A stretch of 24,000 nucleotides of DNA from Prochlorococcus sp. AG-402-G22 (GTDB lineage: Bacteria > Cyanobacteriota > Cyanobacteriia > PCC-6307 > Cyanobiaceae): positions 43,513 to 67,512 of the forward strand of contig QCHV01000008.1 in the NCBI GenBank assembly GCA_003217035.1. Direction: 5' to 3'. Numbering within the stretch: the first letter of the stretch is position 1; every line of letters starts with the position of its first letter. The notes under the pieces are model-generated. The model searched no databases. It was not told the origin of the DNA and worked only from the letters and a program-made list of their open reading frames with translations. Shown here in pieces: positions 15,671-23,968 of this stretch. The position numbers were made by a program, and so were the translations under genes.

Positions 15671-15874
15671 TTAGCTAAAGAGCTTTTGTAATTGCTTAAC
15701 AATAAAGACAAGTCCTATCGTCATAAAAACAAACGTGAAAAGAGTCTTTAGCAAGAAAGTTAGTAGTACAAACCCTGAAACAACCAAAAAAACGTAAATT
15801 GCATTTGGAAAAATCTGCTTAGCCTCGGTACCGTCTTCACTACTTACTGGAATTATTTCAGGTTCAATTGCCAA
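15671..15874 (-). CDS. small two-TM membrane protein
   Basis: 67-aa ORF with two hydrophobic stretches (IYVFLVVSGFVLLTFLL and FTFVFMTIGLVFIV). Confidence 0.45.
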   Translation of the reverse strand: MAIEPEIIPVSSEDGTEAKQIFPNAIYVFLVVSGFVLLTFLLKTLFTFVFMTIGLVFIVKQLQKLFS

Positions 15875-16072
15875 TGAATTAACAAAAATGAAGAATTTTA
15901 CGATAATTCAAATTGAATAGAAGGCCAATCAATAAGCACTATAGTCAATCATTCTTAAAAATATCTTTATATTCGACCTATTCCCCCGCTTGAAAATTGA
16001 CTCTTATCCTTAGGGAAGGGTGTGCCTTTTTCATTGCTGCCACTGTTGTTATTAGTATTTAAAAAAGCTCGT

Positions 16073-16078
16073 TATAAT
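16073..16078 (+). promoter_or_regulatory. consensus TATAAT -10 box upstream of the outer-membrane protein gene
   Basis: 'tataat' lies at 16073-16078, 25 nt before the GTG start at 16103. No convincing -35 was seen. Confidence 0.35.
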
Positions 16079-16102
16079 TTATGTTAGTGAATACTTTTTT
16101 AA

Positions 16103-16759
16103 GTGAACTTTAAGACTTCGTTTTTAGCTGCTTCTTTGGCATTGGGTTCTTTAGGTTCCCCTGCATTGGCTGATGCCTACTATGGCGACCTTTCTGAAGA
16201 TATTGGCGAAAGTCAATCAGCTGATTCTTCTGGTTTGTATATGTCAATTGGAGTAGGTGCTTCTACTACTAATGATGTAAAACACAGCTCACTTAACCAC
16301 ACTACTTCTGGTAATTGGACTGGAGAGACAGGTATAGGCTATAGATTTAACAAGAACTTTAGGCTTGAAGGCTCATATGCTTTTAACCATTTTCAAGTTG
16401 ACAATTCAAACTTGATTGAAGACGTATCTGTCCATTCAAAGCTTGTAACTGCGTATTATGATTTTACAAGTGAAAGCAATTGGGTTCCTTACGTTGGCTT
16501 TGGTCTTGGAAGTAGCGTAGTTGTTACTGATGCTAGTTATGACGGGGTTGAGGGTACTGGAATCAAGCAAGTAAAACTTGGTGTTACCCATGACACATCA
16601 TCAAATATTGATTTATTTGGAGAAATTGTTTGGCAGTCTCTAGACGAAGTTAATGTCGCTAGAGATAACACAGCTACTAGAAATGGTAATGACGATACAG
16701 TTAATATGGATAGTTTTGATCAGTGGAAAGCCCTAGTAGGTTTGAGATACTCATTCTAA
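16103..16759 (+). CDS. outer-membrane beta-barrel protein (OmpA-like / opacity-family barrel)
   Basis: GTG start. Signal peptide MNFKTSFLAASLALGSLGSPALA|DA. Alternating-hydrophobicity strands (GIGYRF, LEGSYAF, LVTAYYDF, YVGFGLG). C-terminal 'LVGLRYSF' ends in the aromatic residue typical of OMPs. Confidence 0.7.
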   Translation: MNFKTSFLAASLALGSLGSPALADAYYGDLSEDIGESQSADSSGLYMSIGVGASTTNDVKHSSLNHTTSGNWTGETGIGYRFNKNFRLEGSYAFNHFQVDNSNLIEDVSVHSKLVTAYYDFTSESNWVPYVGFGLGSSVVVTDASYDGVEGTGIKQVKLGVTHDTSSNIDLFGEIVWQSLDEVNVARDNTATRNGNDDTVNMDSFDQWKALVGLRYSF

Positions 16760-16798
16760 AGTTAAAGAATAAGGTAATAAAAACATCTATTTAGAATT

Positions 16799-16833
16799 AA
16801 ACTCCCATGTTTTCAATAACTGGGAGTTTTTTA
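16799..16833 (+). terminator. rho-independent terminator after the OMP gene
   Basis: Stem 'aaactccca' (16799-16807) pairs with 'tgggagttt' (16821-16829) around a 13-nt loop and runs into a T tract (ttttttatt). Confidence 0.6.
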
Positions 16834-17162
16834 TTGATTTAAGTTTTCTCAAAGTTGTAACTATTTTCAGGACAATTTGATTTGATATTACAAAAATCAC
16901 CCTAGGTAAAAAGTGATGAAAAAACCAAGACCCCAATCACTGGGAACCTAATATAATGATCACTCTTATTTATTTAGGTGTAGAGCAGATTACTCAAACT
17001 CTATAAATATAGGCATTGAAGTTCATTGAGAGAAGCATCTAATACTCATAGGGTGGATTTAAGCTTTAGATTTAAATCAAGCCAAAAAATAAGAACTATA
17101 GCCTTGACCTTTTGTGGGACCTTCCCCGAAAAATTATAATAAATTCACTTTTAAGACTGTAA

Positions 17163-17339
17163 TTAGCTTCTTCTATTCCGTCTTCTTTGCTGAAGCTTTC
17201 TTTTATATTTCTCGACTGGAGTCTCATGATGGCGAAGTCTTTTTAATTCGCCGAAAATTCCGGCTTTTGATACTTGGCGTTTGAACCTCCGAAGTGCTGA
17301 TTCAATGCCTTCGTTTTCACCAACAGTTACTTGAGTCAA
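17163..17339 (-). CDS. rpsU: 30S ribosomal protein S21
   Basis: Absent from the ORF track (58 aa, TTG start). Hand translation gives (M)[57 protein letters not shown], the cyanobacterial S21 sequence pattern. Confidence 0.9.
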   Translation of the reverse strand: MTQVTVGENEGIESALRRFKRQVSKAGIFGELKRLRHHETPVEKYKRKLQQRRRNRRS

Positions 17340-17412
17340 AAAAATATCCTAGTAAGCTAACAACTTAACACTTGGCTGAAAACAATTCATATAGATAATC
17401 AAAAGAAGGTAA

Positions 17413-17802
17413 TCAAAAGCAACGTGTGAATTGAACTCCTTCATGCTTTCGAAAGCTAATGCTCCAAAGGCTTTTGCATAAAGAGTTTAAATTCGAGATC
17501 AATTCTTTGTGATTTCCTTTAGCAATCCATTCCACTTTTATTTTTGGTAGTTCTTCTTGCATTGCTTGAAGAGGTATTTCTAAAAGCAGGAAGCTTTCTT
17601 TTCCGGCCACTTGTTTTATGAGACCTTTCTCACTTCTCTCCATAACTCTTAGAAGCAACTCCAAAGATGCTTCTTTGCCATTTTCGCCAGGCCCATATTG
17701 AGAATTTAAAGGCTTGTTAAGGGACTTACCACCTAATGGCATATGCCTTTTGCCTTCTTGCTCAATTAAGCCAATGCATACCAAGTATGAAGTATCTTCC
17801 AT
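17413..17802 (-). CDS. hypothetical protein
   Basis: 129-aa ORF with ATG start, 73 nt upstream of rpsU on the same strand and divergent from the Nif11 gene. No family recognised. Confidence 0.5.
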   Translation of the reverse strand: MEDTSYLVCIGLIEQEGKRHMPLGGKSLNKPLNSQYGPGENGKEASLELLLRVMERSEKGLIKQVAGKESFLLLEIPLQAMQEELPKIKVEWIAKGNHKELISNLNSLCKSLWSISFRKHEGVQFTRCF

Positions 17803-17874
17803 GGATATGATTGATGTAAATCATATTTAGCATTGATTCGATTAATTATTTTGAAATTAATTTAAATTAGACAT

Positions 17875-18090
17875 ATGGCATTAAAAGACCTCAAGGCTTT
17901 CCTCAAAACAATTGATTCCGATCCTTCTCTAAAGGAGAAAGTTTTGAATTCAGCAACTGCCGATGATATTGCGCAGATAGCGCTAGGGCTAGGCTACGAA
18001 TTTTCAGGGGATGAGTTGTTAAGGCTCTCGGGTAAGAAAGTAGGAAGAGTTACTGTTAGAAAGAATGATATCCCAGGAGAATATAATTAG
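17875..18090 (+). CDS. Nif11-domain miniprotein
   Basis: 'MALKDLKAFLKTIDSDPSLKEKVLNSATADDIAQIALGLGYEFSGDEL' is a textbook Nif11 N-terminal domain, followed by a 20-aa basic tail. Confidence 0.75.
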   Translation: MALKDLKAFLKTIDSDPSLKEKVLNSATADDIAQIALGLGYEFSGDELLRLSGKKVGRVTVRKNDIPGEYN

Positions 18091-18214
18091 TTTTAAAAGA
18101 AATTTCAGGAAATCATTTAATTTGATTTTTGTTGACTATGCTATTAGGCAAACACTTTAAATTGTATATAATTACATTTAGGTATTTCACAATTATTTCT
18201 TAGGGAATCTCTAA

Positions 18215-18892
18215 ATGGCCTTAAAGGAAAAATCTAAAAAAATTTATCAGGGTAAAGATTGCACTACAGAATTCAGAGATGCCTATGAAAATCGTTATAC
18301 ATGGGAACCTGACTTCTCTGGATATAAAGGTGAGTTTAGATTTTCTTCTGAAGATAAATCTTATGAGGGCTCATTTGTTTTAGGGGAAGATAAGAAACCT
18401 CAACTGTATAATTTGAATGATAGTCAAGTAAAGAGTTTAGTTGCTTCCCAATTATTCGAAGTAGCAATCCATAGAGTAAGAAGACCTTTTGAAACTGTGC
18501 ATAGTCAAAATACTTTTACTTATGGTGATATAGATGAAATAGGAGCTGAAGTGATAGTTGGAGGGAAAAATATAGGTGACAAATATCGTATTAAAGATAA
18601 TGTTGTTAGCATGGTTTATCGTCATATTCACGGAAGCTTGATCCGTATATATACTCAGGAAACCATTAATACTGGAAGGGGTTACCTAAGTAATATTTAT
18701 ACAAGTCAATATCTAGATCCTAAAACAAAGAAAGAGTTGGGTCCTAAGAAGAAATTCCATGATCAATTCGAGCCTCTCTATAAAGGAGGCCCATGGGTTC
18801 TAATTAGTAGAAGTATTGAAAAGGAAATATCGTCTGAACAGAATCTATTAATAGAGAAGTACTCCTTTTTTAATTTATATGAAATAAATTAA
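18215..18892 (+). CDS. conserved hypothetical protein (tentatively DUF3386-like)
   Basis: 225-aa soluble ORF. 'FRDAYENRYTWEPDFSGYKG' resembles a cyanobacterial/plastid-lineage DUF that I recall only loosely. Confidence 0.55.
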   Translation: MALKEKSKKIYQGKDCTTEFRDAYENRYTWEPDFSGYKGEFRFSSEDKSYEGSFVLGEDKKPQLYNLNDSQVKSLVASQLFEVAIHRVRRPFETVHSQNTFTYGDIDEIGAEVIVGGKNIGDKYRIKDNVVSMVYRHIHGSLIRIYTQETINTGRGYLSNIYTSQYLDPKTKKELGPKKKFHDQFEPLYKGGPWVLISRSIEKEISSEQNLLIEKYSFFNLYEIN

Positions 18893-18931
18893 TGCTAAGT
18901 TGATAAAGTAATTAATAGGTCTTAGTTTTTC

Positions 18932-19207
18932 ATGTCAAAAGAAGAGCTTACTTCAGATGTAAGTAAAAGGATTTGTTCTCATATGAATCTTGATCACAAG
19001 CAAACATTAAGAGCATTTGCAGAATTCTATGGAGGATTTAAAGATGCAAAGGATGTAAGTATGATTGAAATAAATACTAAGCTAATAAAATTAGAAGTTG
19101 ACGCACATCTTATAGAAATATCTTTTGACCATGAACTTACTGATAGTCAAGATGCCCATCAAACCATAGTATCAATGAGTAAGTCTTTACCAAAAAGACT
19201 GTCCTAA
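18932..19207 (+). CDS. DUF2470-domain protein (HugZ C-terminal / GluTR-binding-protein-like)
   Basis: The 'ICSHMNLDHKQTLRAFAEFYGG' H-M-N-x-D-H motif and the ~90-aa size fit DUF2470. Confidence 0.65.
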   Translation: MSKEELTSDVSKRICSHMNLDHKQTLRAFAEFYGGFKDAKDVSMIEINTKLIKLEVDAHLIEISFDHELTDSQDAHQTIVSMSKSLPKRLS

Positions 19208-19236
19208 CTTCTTTCTCTTTTGATAATATAAGAAGT
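19207..19236. terminator. weak AT-rich hairpin between convergent genes
   Basis: 'acttctt' (19207-19213) pairs with 'aagaagt' (19230-19236), a 7-bp perfect inverted repeat with a 16-nt loop, followed by T-rich sequence. Confidence 0.3.
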
Positions 19237-19295
19237 GTATTTCTTGTTTGGTTAGTTGTTGTAGTCCATCATAAAAACCTCTTTAAACGTATAAT

Positions 19296-20255
19296 TTATT
19301 TACTTTGGAATGGATTACTGGGCATCTTTTCCTGACACTCTTCTTTAAGTCGATCTAATTCACTTACTTCTTCTTCCCCCAGGTCCCAATCACTTGCAAG
19401 TGCAGCATCTTTTGCTTGTGATGGATTCCTTATTCCTGGTATAGGATTTGTTCCATGCGCTCGACACCAATTTAGGGCGACTTGAGCCTGAGAAGAACAC
19501 CTTTCAGCTGCGATTTTGCTTAATGCTCCTCTTAATTTTTTTGAAGGTGCTAATAACCTCTTTGTAATTCTATTTCTTAAGAATGTTTTGTTTAGTTTTG
19601 ATGTTTCTGGAGGGATGCTAAGTACCCCAAAGGCTAAAGGACTATACGCAATGATTTCAATGTCTAGCTCTTGGCAAACAGTTTGAATTTGTTTAGATTT
19701 TATTGAATTTGGAGATAATAAGGAAAACTGAATTTGCAAACTCTTTAAATGAACGCCCCTTTTTGAGAGTCTTTTGTAAAACCAAATTAATCTTTTAGGC
19801 CCCATATTAGAAACTCCCACTTCTTTAACTAGTCCCTCTTGCACAAGATCACCAAGACCATCTATTAGTTGAACTTCCTGCCAAGGCGCATATCTTTTAG
19901 TGCTCCAATGTAATTGAACCCTCTTAAGGTTGCCTCTAAGTCTTTCTTTGCTTTTTTGAAAAGCATGTCTAAACCCATTCCTGCCAACTCTCCATGGATA
20001 TGGGGCTAATTTTGTTGCAATAGTTAGTTTCTTTTTAGTTAATGGAGGGAGCTTTTGGGTGAATTGACCAAGTAATTGCTCACTTCGTCCATTTAGGTGT
20101 CCTATCCCATATGAATCGGCTGTATCTATAAAATTCAACCCCCTGCTTACAGCCTCATTAAAGGATGCTTCTAGAATTTCATCCTCTTTTTCAGGGTCAT
20201 AGCCCCATAGGAATTTATTTCCCCATGCCCATGTGCCAAAGCCAATAAAAGTCAA
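19296..20255 (-). CDS. aldo/keto reductase
   Basis: 'GFGTWAWGN', 'FIDTADSYG', 'LQLHW', 'VGVSN' and 'IAYSPLAFG' are AKR blocks. The TTG start is directly preceded by an in-frame TAA and a 7-codon ATG-led mini-frame (see findings). Confidence 0.85.
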   Translation of the reverse strand: MTFIGFGTWAWGNKFLWGYDPEKEDEILEASFNEAVSRGLNFIDTADSYGIGHLNGRSEQLLGQFTQKLPPLTKKKLTIATKLAPYPWRVGRNGFRHAFQKSKERLRGNLKRVQLHWSTKRYAPWQEVQLIDGLGDLVQEGLVKEVGVSNMGPKRLIWFYKRLSKRGVHLKSLQIQFSLLSPNSIKSKQIQTVCQELDIEIIAYSPLAFGVLSIPPETSKLNKTFLRNRITKRLLAPSKKLRGALSKIAAERCSSQAQVALNWCRAHGTNPIPGIRNPSQAKDAALASDWDLGEEEVSELDRLKEECQEKMPSNPFQSK

Positions 20256-20384
20256 TTAACAGAACTTTCTTTCACTCATGATAGCTATATTCAATTTGAT
20301 TAAGAGAGACTTGGAGTAAATCTTATTTTGCTTAGTTCAGTAAACTCATTGCAATAAATATAATCCCAATTCTTTAATGTTCTA

Positions 20385-21125
20385 ATGACTTTAAAAGCAA
20401 CCTATTTTGGATCAAGCGGTTGGCTTATTGAATTTGGAGGCTTTCGGGTTTTAGTTGACCCTTGGCTTACTGGCGACCTTTCTTTTTTGCCTGGGAAGTG
20501 GTTCTTTCATGGTCGTTTAAATAAAGAGTTCCAATTGCCTGAAAAAATAAACCTTTTACTTCTTACTCAGGGATTACCTGATCATTCGCACCCAGCTTCT
20601 CTTAAGCTTCTTTCTAGTTCAATAGAAGTAGTTGCATCTTTCTCGGCTGGATCTGTTGCAAAGAAAATCGGATTTCAGAAAATTAATAAAATCAAGCCAG
20701 GAGATAACTTGGAATTTGGTCATTTAAAGATAGAGGCGACTAGAGGCGCACCTGTACCTAACGTTGAAAATGGTTATATATTAAGTCATCCTGAAGGTTC
20801 ACTATATCTTGAACCTCATGGTTTCTTTGATGAAAGTTTAGCGACTAGAAAACTTGATGCAGTTATTACACCTGTATTGGATATAAGATTACCCTTGGCA
20901 GGAAGAATTATTAAGGGAAAAGCTGCACTTTCACAATTAATTGAGAAGTTTACCCCTAGGACTGTACTCGCTAGTACTACTGGAGGCGACTCAACTTTTT
21001 CAGGTTTTCTTAACAGTTTAATGAAAGTTGAAGGGTCTATTAACCAAGCAAGAGACTCTGTAAGTAAAGATGTATCTTTTATAGAGCCTATACCAGGTGA
21101 AACCTATTTAATTAATACAAATTAA
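20385..21125 (+). CDS. metallo-beta-lactamase-fold hydrolase-like protein
   Basis: 'ATYFGSSGWLIEFGGFRVLVDPW' and 'LLLTQGLPDHSHP' resemble the MBL-fold beta-sandwich start and a degenerate HxHxDH region. Confidence 0.6.
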   Translation: MTLKATYFGSSGWLIEFGGFRVLVDPWLTGDLSFLPGKWFFHGRLNKEFQLPEKINLLLLTQGLPDHSHPASLKLLSSSIEVVASFSAGSVAKKIGFQKINKIKPGDNLEFGHLKIEATRGAPVPNVENGYILSHPEGSLYLEPHGFFDESLATRKLDAVITPVLDIRLPLAGRIIKGKAALSQLIEKFTPRTVLASTTGGDSTFSGFLNSLMKVEGSINQARDSVSKDVSFIEPIPGETYLINTN

Positions 21126-21197
21126 CTAAGTTCCTAGAGTAATTACTTACTTCTAAAGTATAGAATTAACCCTTTAATTTAGTTCTTCTTTTTACTC

Positions 21198-21425
21198 TTA
21201 CTTCTTAAACTCGTACCCTATAAATGTTCCAAGCTTAGAATCTTTATAGCCATTTGCGGCTGCATTTGGATTGTCTTTGTTATGTGACCTAGCTGCTAAA
21301 ATTATCATTCCAAAAGGAATTAAAATCAAGAAGAAAAATAAATGAACTAAGTACATATCTCCTGGTATCCCATCTGGGTATTCAGGAAAGAAAAGTAAGG
21401 TCATCAAGGTGAGATTGATATCCAT
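21198..21425 (-). CDS. small membrane protein
   Basis: 75-aa ORF with hydrophobic segments (LTLMTLLFF and LVHLFFFLILIPFGMIILAA). Confidence 0.45.
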   Translation of the reverse strand: MDINLTLMTLLFFPEYPDGIPGDMYLVHLFFFLILIPFGMIILAARSHNKDNPNAAANGYKDSKLGTFIGYEFKK

Positions 21426-21724
21426 ATAAAAAAAATGCTTTATCTATTATTATCGCATACCTTTCCTTGTAGGAGCGATAGCCCTTGCATAAGATTGCTT
21501 TGGTTTAATCTAAAGAAATAAAATTTCGAAGTTGATTTTATGATCTCTTGATGCTTACAAGAATTTCTTTTAGAACTAAACTTCAATAAATTGAGGAACG
21601 AATTGTATAGTTGTTAGTATTGACGCTCTGCGTGGTTACATAAGTACATTGATCTGATAAATAATAATACATTTGAGTACCACTTCTTTGAGAGAATCAG
21701 TTTATAAATTACTTAAAGATACAA

Positions 21725-21856
21725 ATGTCAGCAGAACAAATTCAGTACCTGAGTGAAACTATCTCTGCTCACCCCCCAGTAATAATAGCCACTCTCTGTG
21801 TATTCATGTACATCAGAGGGAGATTCTTATATTCAGAAGGTGTCAACAAGTCATAA
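21725..21856 (+). CDS. 43-aa single-TM miniprotein (below ORF-track cutoff)
   Basis: Hand translation gives MSAEQIQYLSETISAHPPVIIATLCVFMYIRGRFLYSEGVNKS*. Confidence 0.3.
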   Translation: MSAEQIQYLSETISAHPPVIIATLCVFMYIRGRFLYSEGVNKS

Positions 21857-21895
21857 AAACCTTAATTTACTTTTTAATCCAATTTCAGTATTTAA

Positions 21896-22249
21896 ATGGA
21901 AACTTTCAAATTTCTTCTATTTGGCATTAGTGGTTTAAGTATGATCTTTTGGGTGGCTGTAATTGCCATGTGGCACACTTATATGTTCCCAAGATTTTTT
22001 AGAGAAGATTATGAGAAAAAGCCTGACGCAGGACAATATCTCTCAAGTCAAGCGATTAGTGATTCTGGACTTTTTAATAGAGGAAAGTATTCAAGTCAAT
22101 CATTTGTTATTGCTGATTTTAACCCTGTAGAAAATGGCTATGGAGTTAACAGACTTTATACAACAATGCTTCTCAGCCTAGGTTTTATGAGCTTTCTTTT
22201 AATTACTTATGGGTTGCACAGTGGGTTTGCTTTATATGGAATCTCTTAG
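21896..22249 (+). CDS. membrane protein, unknown function
   Basis: 117-aa ORF with an N-terminal TM (FLLFGISGLSMIFWVAVIAMW) and a C-terminal TM (TMLLSLGFMSFLLITYGL). Confidence 0.5.
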   Translation: METFKFLLFGISGLSMIFWVAVIAMWHTYMFPRFFREDYEKKPDAGQYLSSQAISDSGLFNRGKYSSQSFVIADFNPVENGYGVNRLYTTMLLSLGFMSFLLITYGLHSGFALYGIS

Positions 22250-22313
22250 ATAAGCTTTGAATTTAAGGTAATAAACAATTTTTTGAAACTAATTCATTGA
22301 AATTTATAGATAT

Positions 22314-22541
22314 TTATTTCCCTTGTGAAATTGCTCTGTGGAAGAAATCGCACAATCCTTCATCTGTTAAATCTGGTATGGTCCAGATTTCATCTTGATC
22401 AAAAGACTCTTCTGTTAACCATTCTTTGAATTCTGACTCAAGAGAAGCTTTATCTTCTTGTTTAAGAGTAGATAGCCTCAGACGAACGAAGTCTCGAATG
22501 ACCCTGTAGCCTTCGTCCAAATTTTCTTTTGGATACACCAT
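22314..22541 (-). CDS. small acidic soluble protein, unknown function
   Basis: 75-aa ORF with ATG start and a coherent helical, acidic composition. Confidence 0.5.
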   Translation of the reverse strand: MVYPKENLDEGYRVIRDFVRLRLSTLKQEDKASLESEFKEWLTEESFDQDEIWTIPDLTDEGLCDFFHRAISQGK

Positions 22542-22785
22542 GCTTTAAGGATTTCTTTATATTCTACACGTGTCTGTTGCCGTGAACCCTTTTGTGATTT
22601 TTAAATTGACTTTGCAACCCTTGCTTTTAGGCGATTGAACTATTTTTAAGTTGATCTTCCTGTGTGCTTAAAAAATAAATTGGTTTTTCAAGCATAGTCA
22701 GGCAATCAGGCCTTTAATACTATTCGAATCTTTATCTTTACCTTGCTTACTCAGTGAGTTGATTTATTGCAGTGTCTGCAAAGGT

Positions 22786-22926
22786 TTAGTTTTCAGACCC
22801 TATATAGACCGGTTGCATCATTCCACCACCTTCATCGTCGTCATCCTCGTTGTCCACAAAAAACACGAACACTATTGCCAACGCTGCCAATGAATAAGAT
22901 AGAGCTAGAGTCTGTAATTCGTTCAA
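22786..22926 (-). CDS. possible 46-aa single-TM protein with poly-acidic tail (TTG start)
   Basis: Hand translation gives (M)NELQTLALSYSLAALAIVFVFFVDNEDDDDEGGGMMQPVYIGSEN*. It explains the His/Arg-rich antisense track ORF 22767..22964 as a shadow. The non-ATG start keeps confidence low. Confidence 0.25.
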   Translation of the reverse strand: MNELQTLALSYSLAALAIVFVFFVDNEDDDDEGGGMMQPVYIGSEN

Positions 22927-23102
22927 CAGTTAATTTAAAAATTCTTGAGATTATACTTGATTGATGCTTCTAATAGTTGGGTTGTTTATTTTTTAAAATT
23001 TTTGTTTACATTTTTAGTTTTATTATCTTTTGATTGATTTGATAGAAAAGGGCTTATTGCTTGGTTTTAAGGATTTAAGCATCTAATTTATAAACCTTTT
23101 TT

Positions 23103-23468
23103 CTAACCTATTTGCTTATCACTTTCCTCCTTTAATAATCTTTTATATATTCCTTCTATTCGCTGTCTGTTAACTCCCAGGTCAGAAGCTCCATATCTAG
23201 ATGCAGATCTTATTTGAATAATACCTTTTGCCCCTCCTTTCCTTAATTTTAATATTTCCAAATCGTCTGGAAAACGAAATATTAGGCTTCTACATACTCC
23301 ATGCCAATAGTTTTCATCTTGTTCCAAGATCGTAGTTCTTGGTATACACGATGCTATTTCTATTAATTGATTAAATTTCTTGTTTACGTCTTTGAATTCC
23401 CATTCTTGAAATTCACAATTGGTCTGACTCATGCATTTAGTCAGACCAACATTTTTTTGTGAAGACAT
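23103..23468 (-). CDS. DUF1499-family protein
   Basis: 'IRSASRYGASDLGVNRQRIEGIYKRL' matches the conserved R-S-x-S-R-x-G-x-S-D-x-G-x-N-R-x-R motif of DUF1499 as I recall it. An N-terminal C-x-x-x-x-N-C region is also present. Confidence 0.7.
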   Translation of the reverse strand: MSSQKNVGLTKCMSQTNCEFQEWEFKDVNKKFNQLIEIASCIPRTTILEQDENYWHGVCRSLIFRFPDDLEILKLRKGGAKGIIQIRSASRYGASDLGVNRQRIEGIYKRLLKEESDKQIG

Positions 23469-23510
23469 TTCTTTAGTGTTTTGTTATAGCTATATCCATA
23501 ACTTATTATT

Positions 23511-23630
23511 TTAGAAGAATCCTGGGACTATCCATCCAAAAATAGTGTAATTAATTATTGCAGCAAACAATCCAATCATGGCCAGTCTGCCATTGGTTGC
23601 CTCTGCATTTTTCCAATAATTATTATTCAT
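23511..23630 (-). CDS. hli: high-light-inducible protein (HLIP / one-helix CAB-like)
   Basis: MNNNYWKNAEATNGRLAMIGLFAAIINYTIFGWIVPGFF* carries the E-x-x-N-G-R-x-A-M-x-G motif. The longer track version (to 23705) would overlap the upstream hli and is rejected. The ATG shares its A with the upstream TGA (TGATG). Confidence 0.85.
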   Translation of the reverse strand: MNNNYWKNAEATNGRLAMIGLFAAIINYTIFGWIVPGFF

Positions 23631-23830
23631 CAGAAAATACCTGGAATGATTTGCCCAGTTGCCAAATAAGCGCCTATCAGGGCTATAAATCCAATCATGG
23701 CCCACCTTCCATTAGCCTTTTCTGCTTCTTCAATGTATGTTGAATAGTTTTCAATAAGTTCTGGCTTCGCTTCCACTGGAAAGACGTTTTGGCGATCGCC
23801 TGATTCGGTTGTTATTTGAGAAGAGGTCAT
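23630..23830 (-). CDS. hli: high-light-inducible protein with extended N-terminus
   Basis: 'EEAEKANGRWAMIGFIALIGAYLATGQIIPGIF' is an HLIP chlorophyll-binding helix, preceded by a 35-aa N-terminal extension. Confidence 0.85.
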   Translation of the reverse strand: MTSSQITTESGDRQNVFPVEAKPELIENYSTYIEEAEKANGRWAMIGFIALIGAYLATGQIIPGIF

Positions 23831-23843
23831 ATGATTAAAAAGG

Positions 23844-23951
23844 TTAGAAGATTCCTGGAATAATTTGTCCGGTAGTTACGTAGGCGCCAAATGCTGCAAC
23901 AAAGCCAATCATTGCTGCCCAGCCGTTGAACTTTTCTGCTTCAGGGGTCAT
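23844..23951 (-). CDS. hli: high-light-inducible protein (35 aa, absent from ORF track)
   Basis: Hand translation gives MTPEAEKFNGWAAMIGFVAAFGAYVTTGQIIPGIF*, the E-x-F-N-G-W-A-A-M-x-G-F form common in multicopy Prochlorococcus hli genes. Confidence 0.85.
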   Translation of the reverse strand: MTPEAEKFNGWAAMIGFVAAFGAYVTTGQIIPGIF

Positions 23952-23968
23952 TGTTAAGTAGGATTTAC

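Noticed and set aside
13735-18090. Possible prochlorosin-type RiPP locus, because of two Nif11 peptides
   Set aside because: - Neither peptide has a GG/GA cleavage motif.
- Neither has a Cys/Ser/Thr-rich core.
- No LanM or other maturase and no C39-peptidase ABC exporter gene is present in the window.
21635-21650. HLR1-like 'GTTACATAAGTACATT' upstream of 21725/21896
   Set aside because: The first repeat matches the consensus. The second TACA core is offset by 8 nt rather than the 10-nt period (8-mer plus 2-nt spacer) of HLR1, and its first two positions mismatch.
22767-22964. 65-aa + strand ORF (TTG start, HHLHRRHPRCPQKTRT...)
   Set aside because: Its His/Arg-rich run is the antisense reading of an Asp/Glu-rich tail of a more plausible minus-strand TM mini-ORF (22786..22926). 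Neither frame is strongly supported.
23511-23705. 64-aa version of the last hli ORF, plus 23558..23743 (+)
   Set aside because: The 5' extension overlaps the upstream hli coding region in another frame. The internal ATG at 23630 gives a canonical 39-aa HLIP. The + strand ORF is an antisense shadow.
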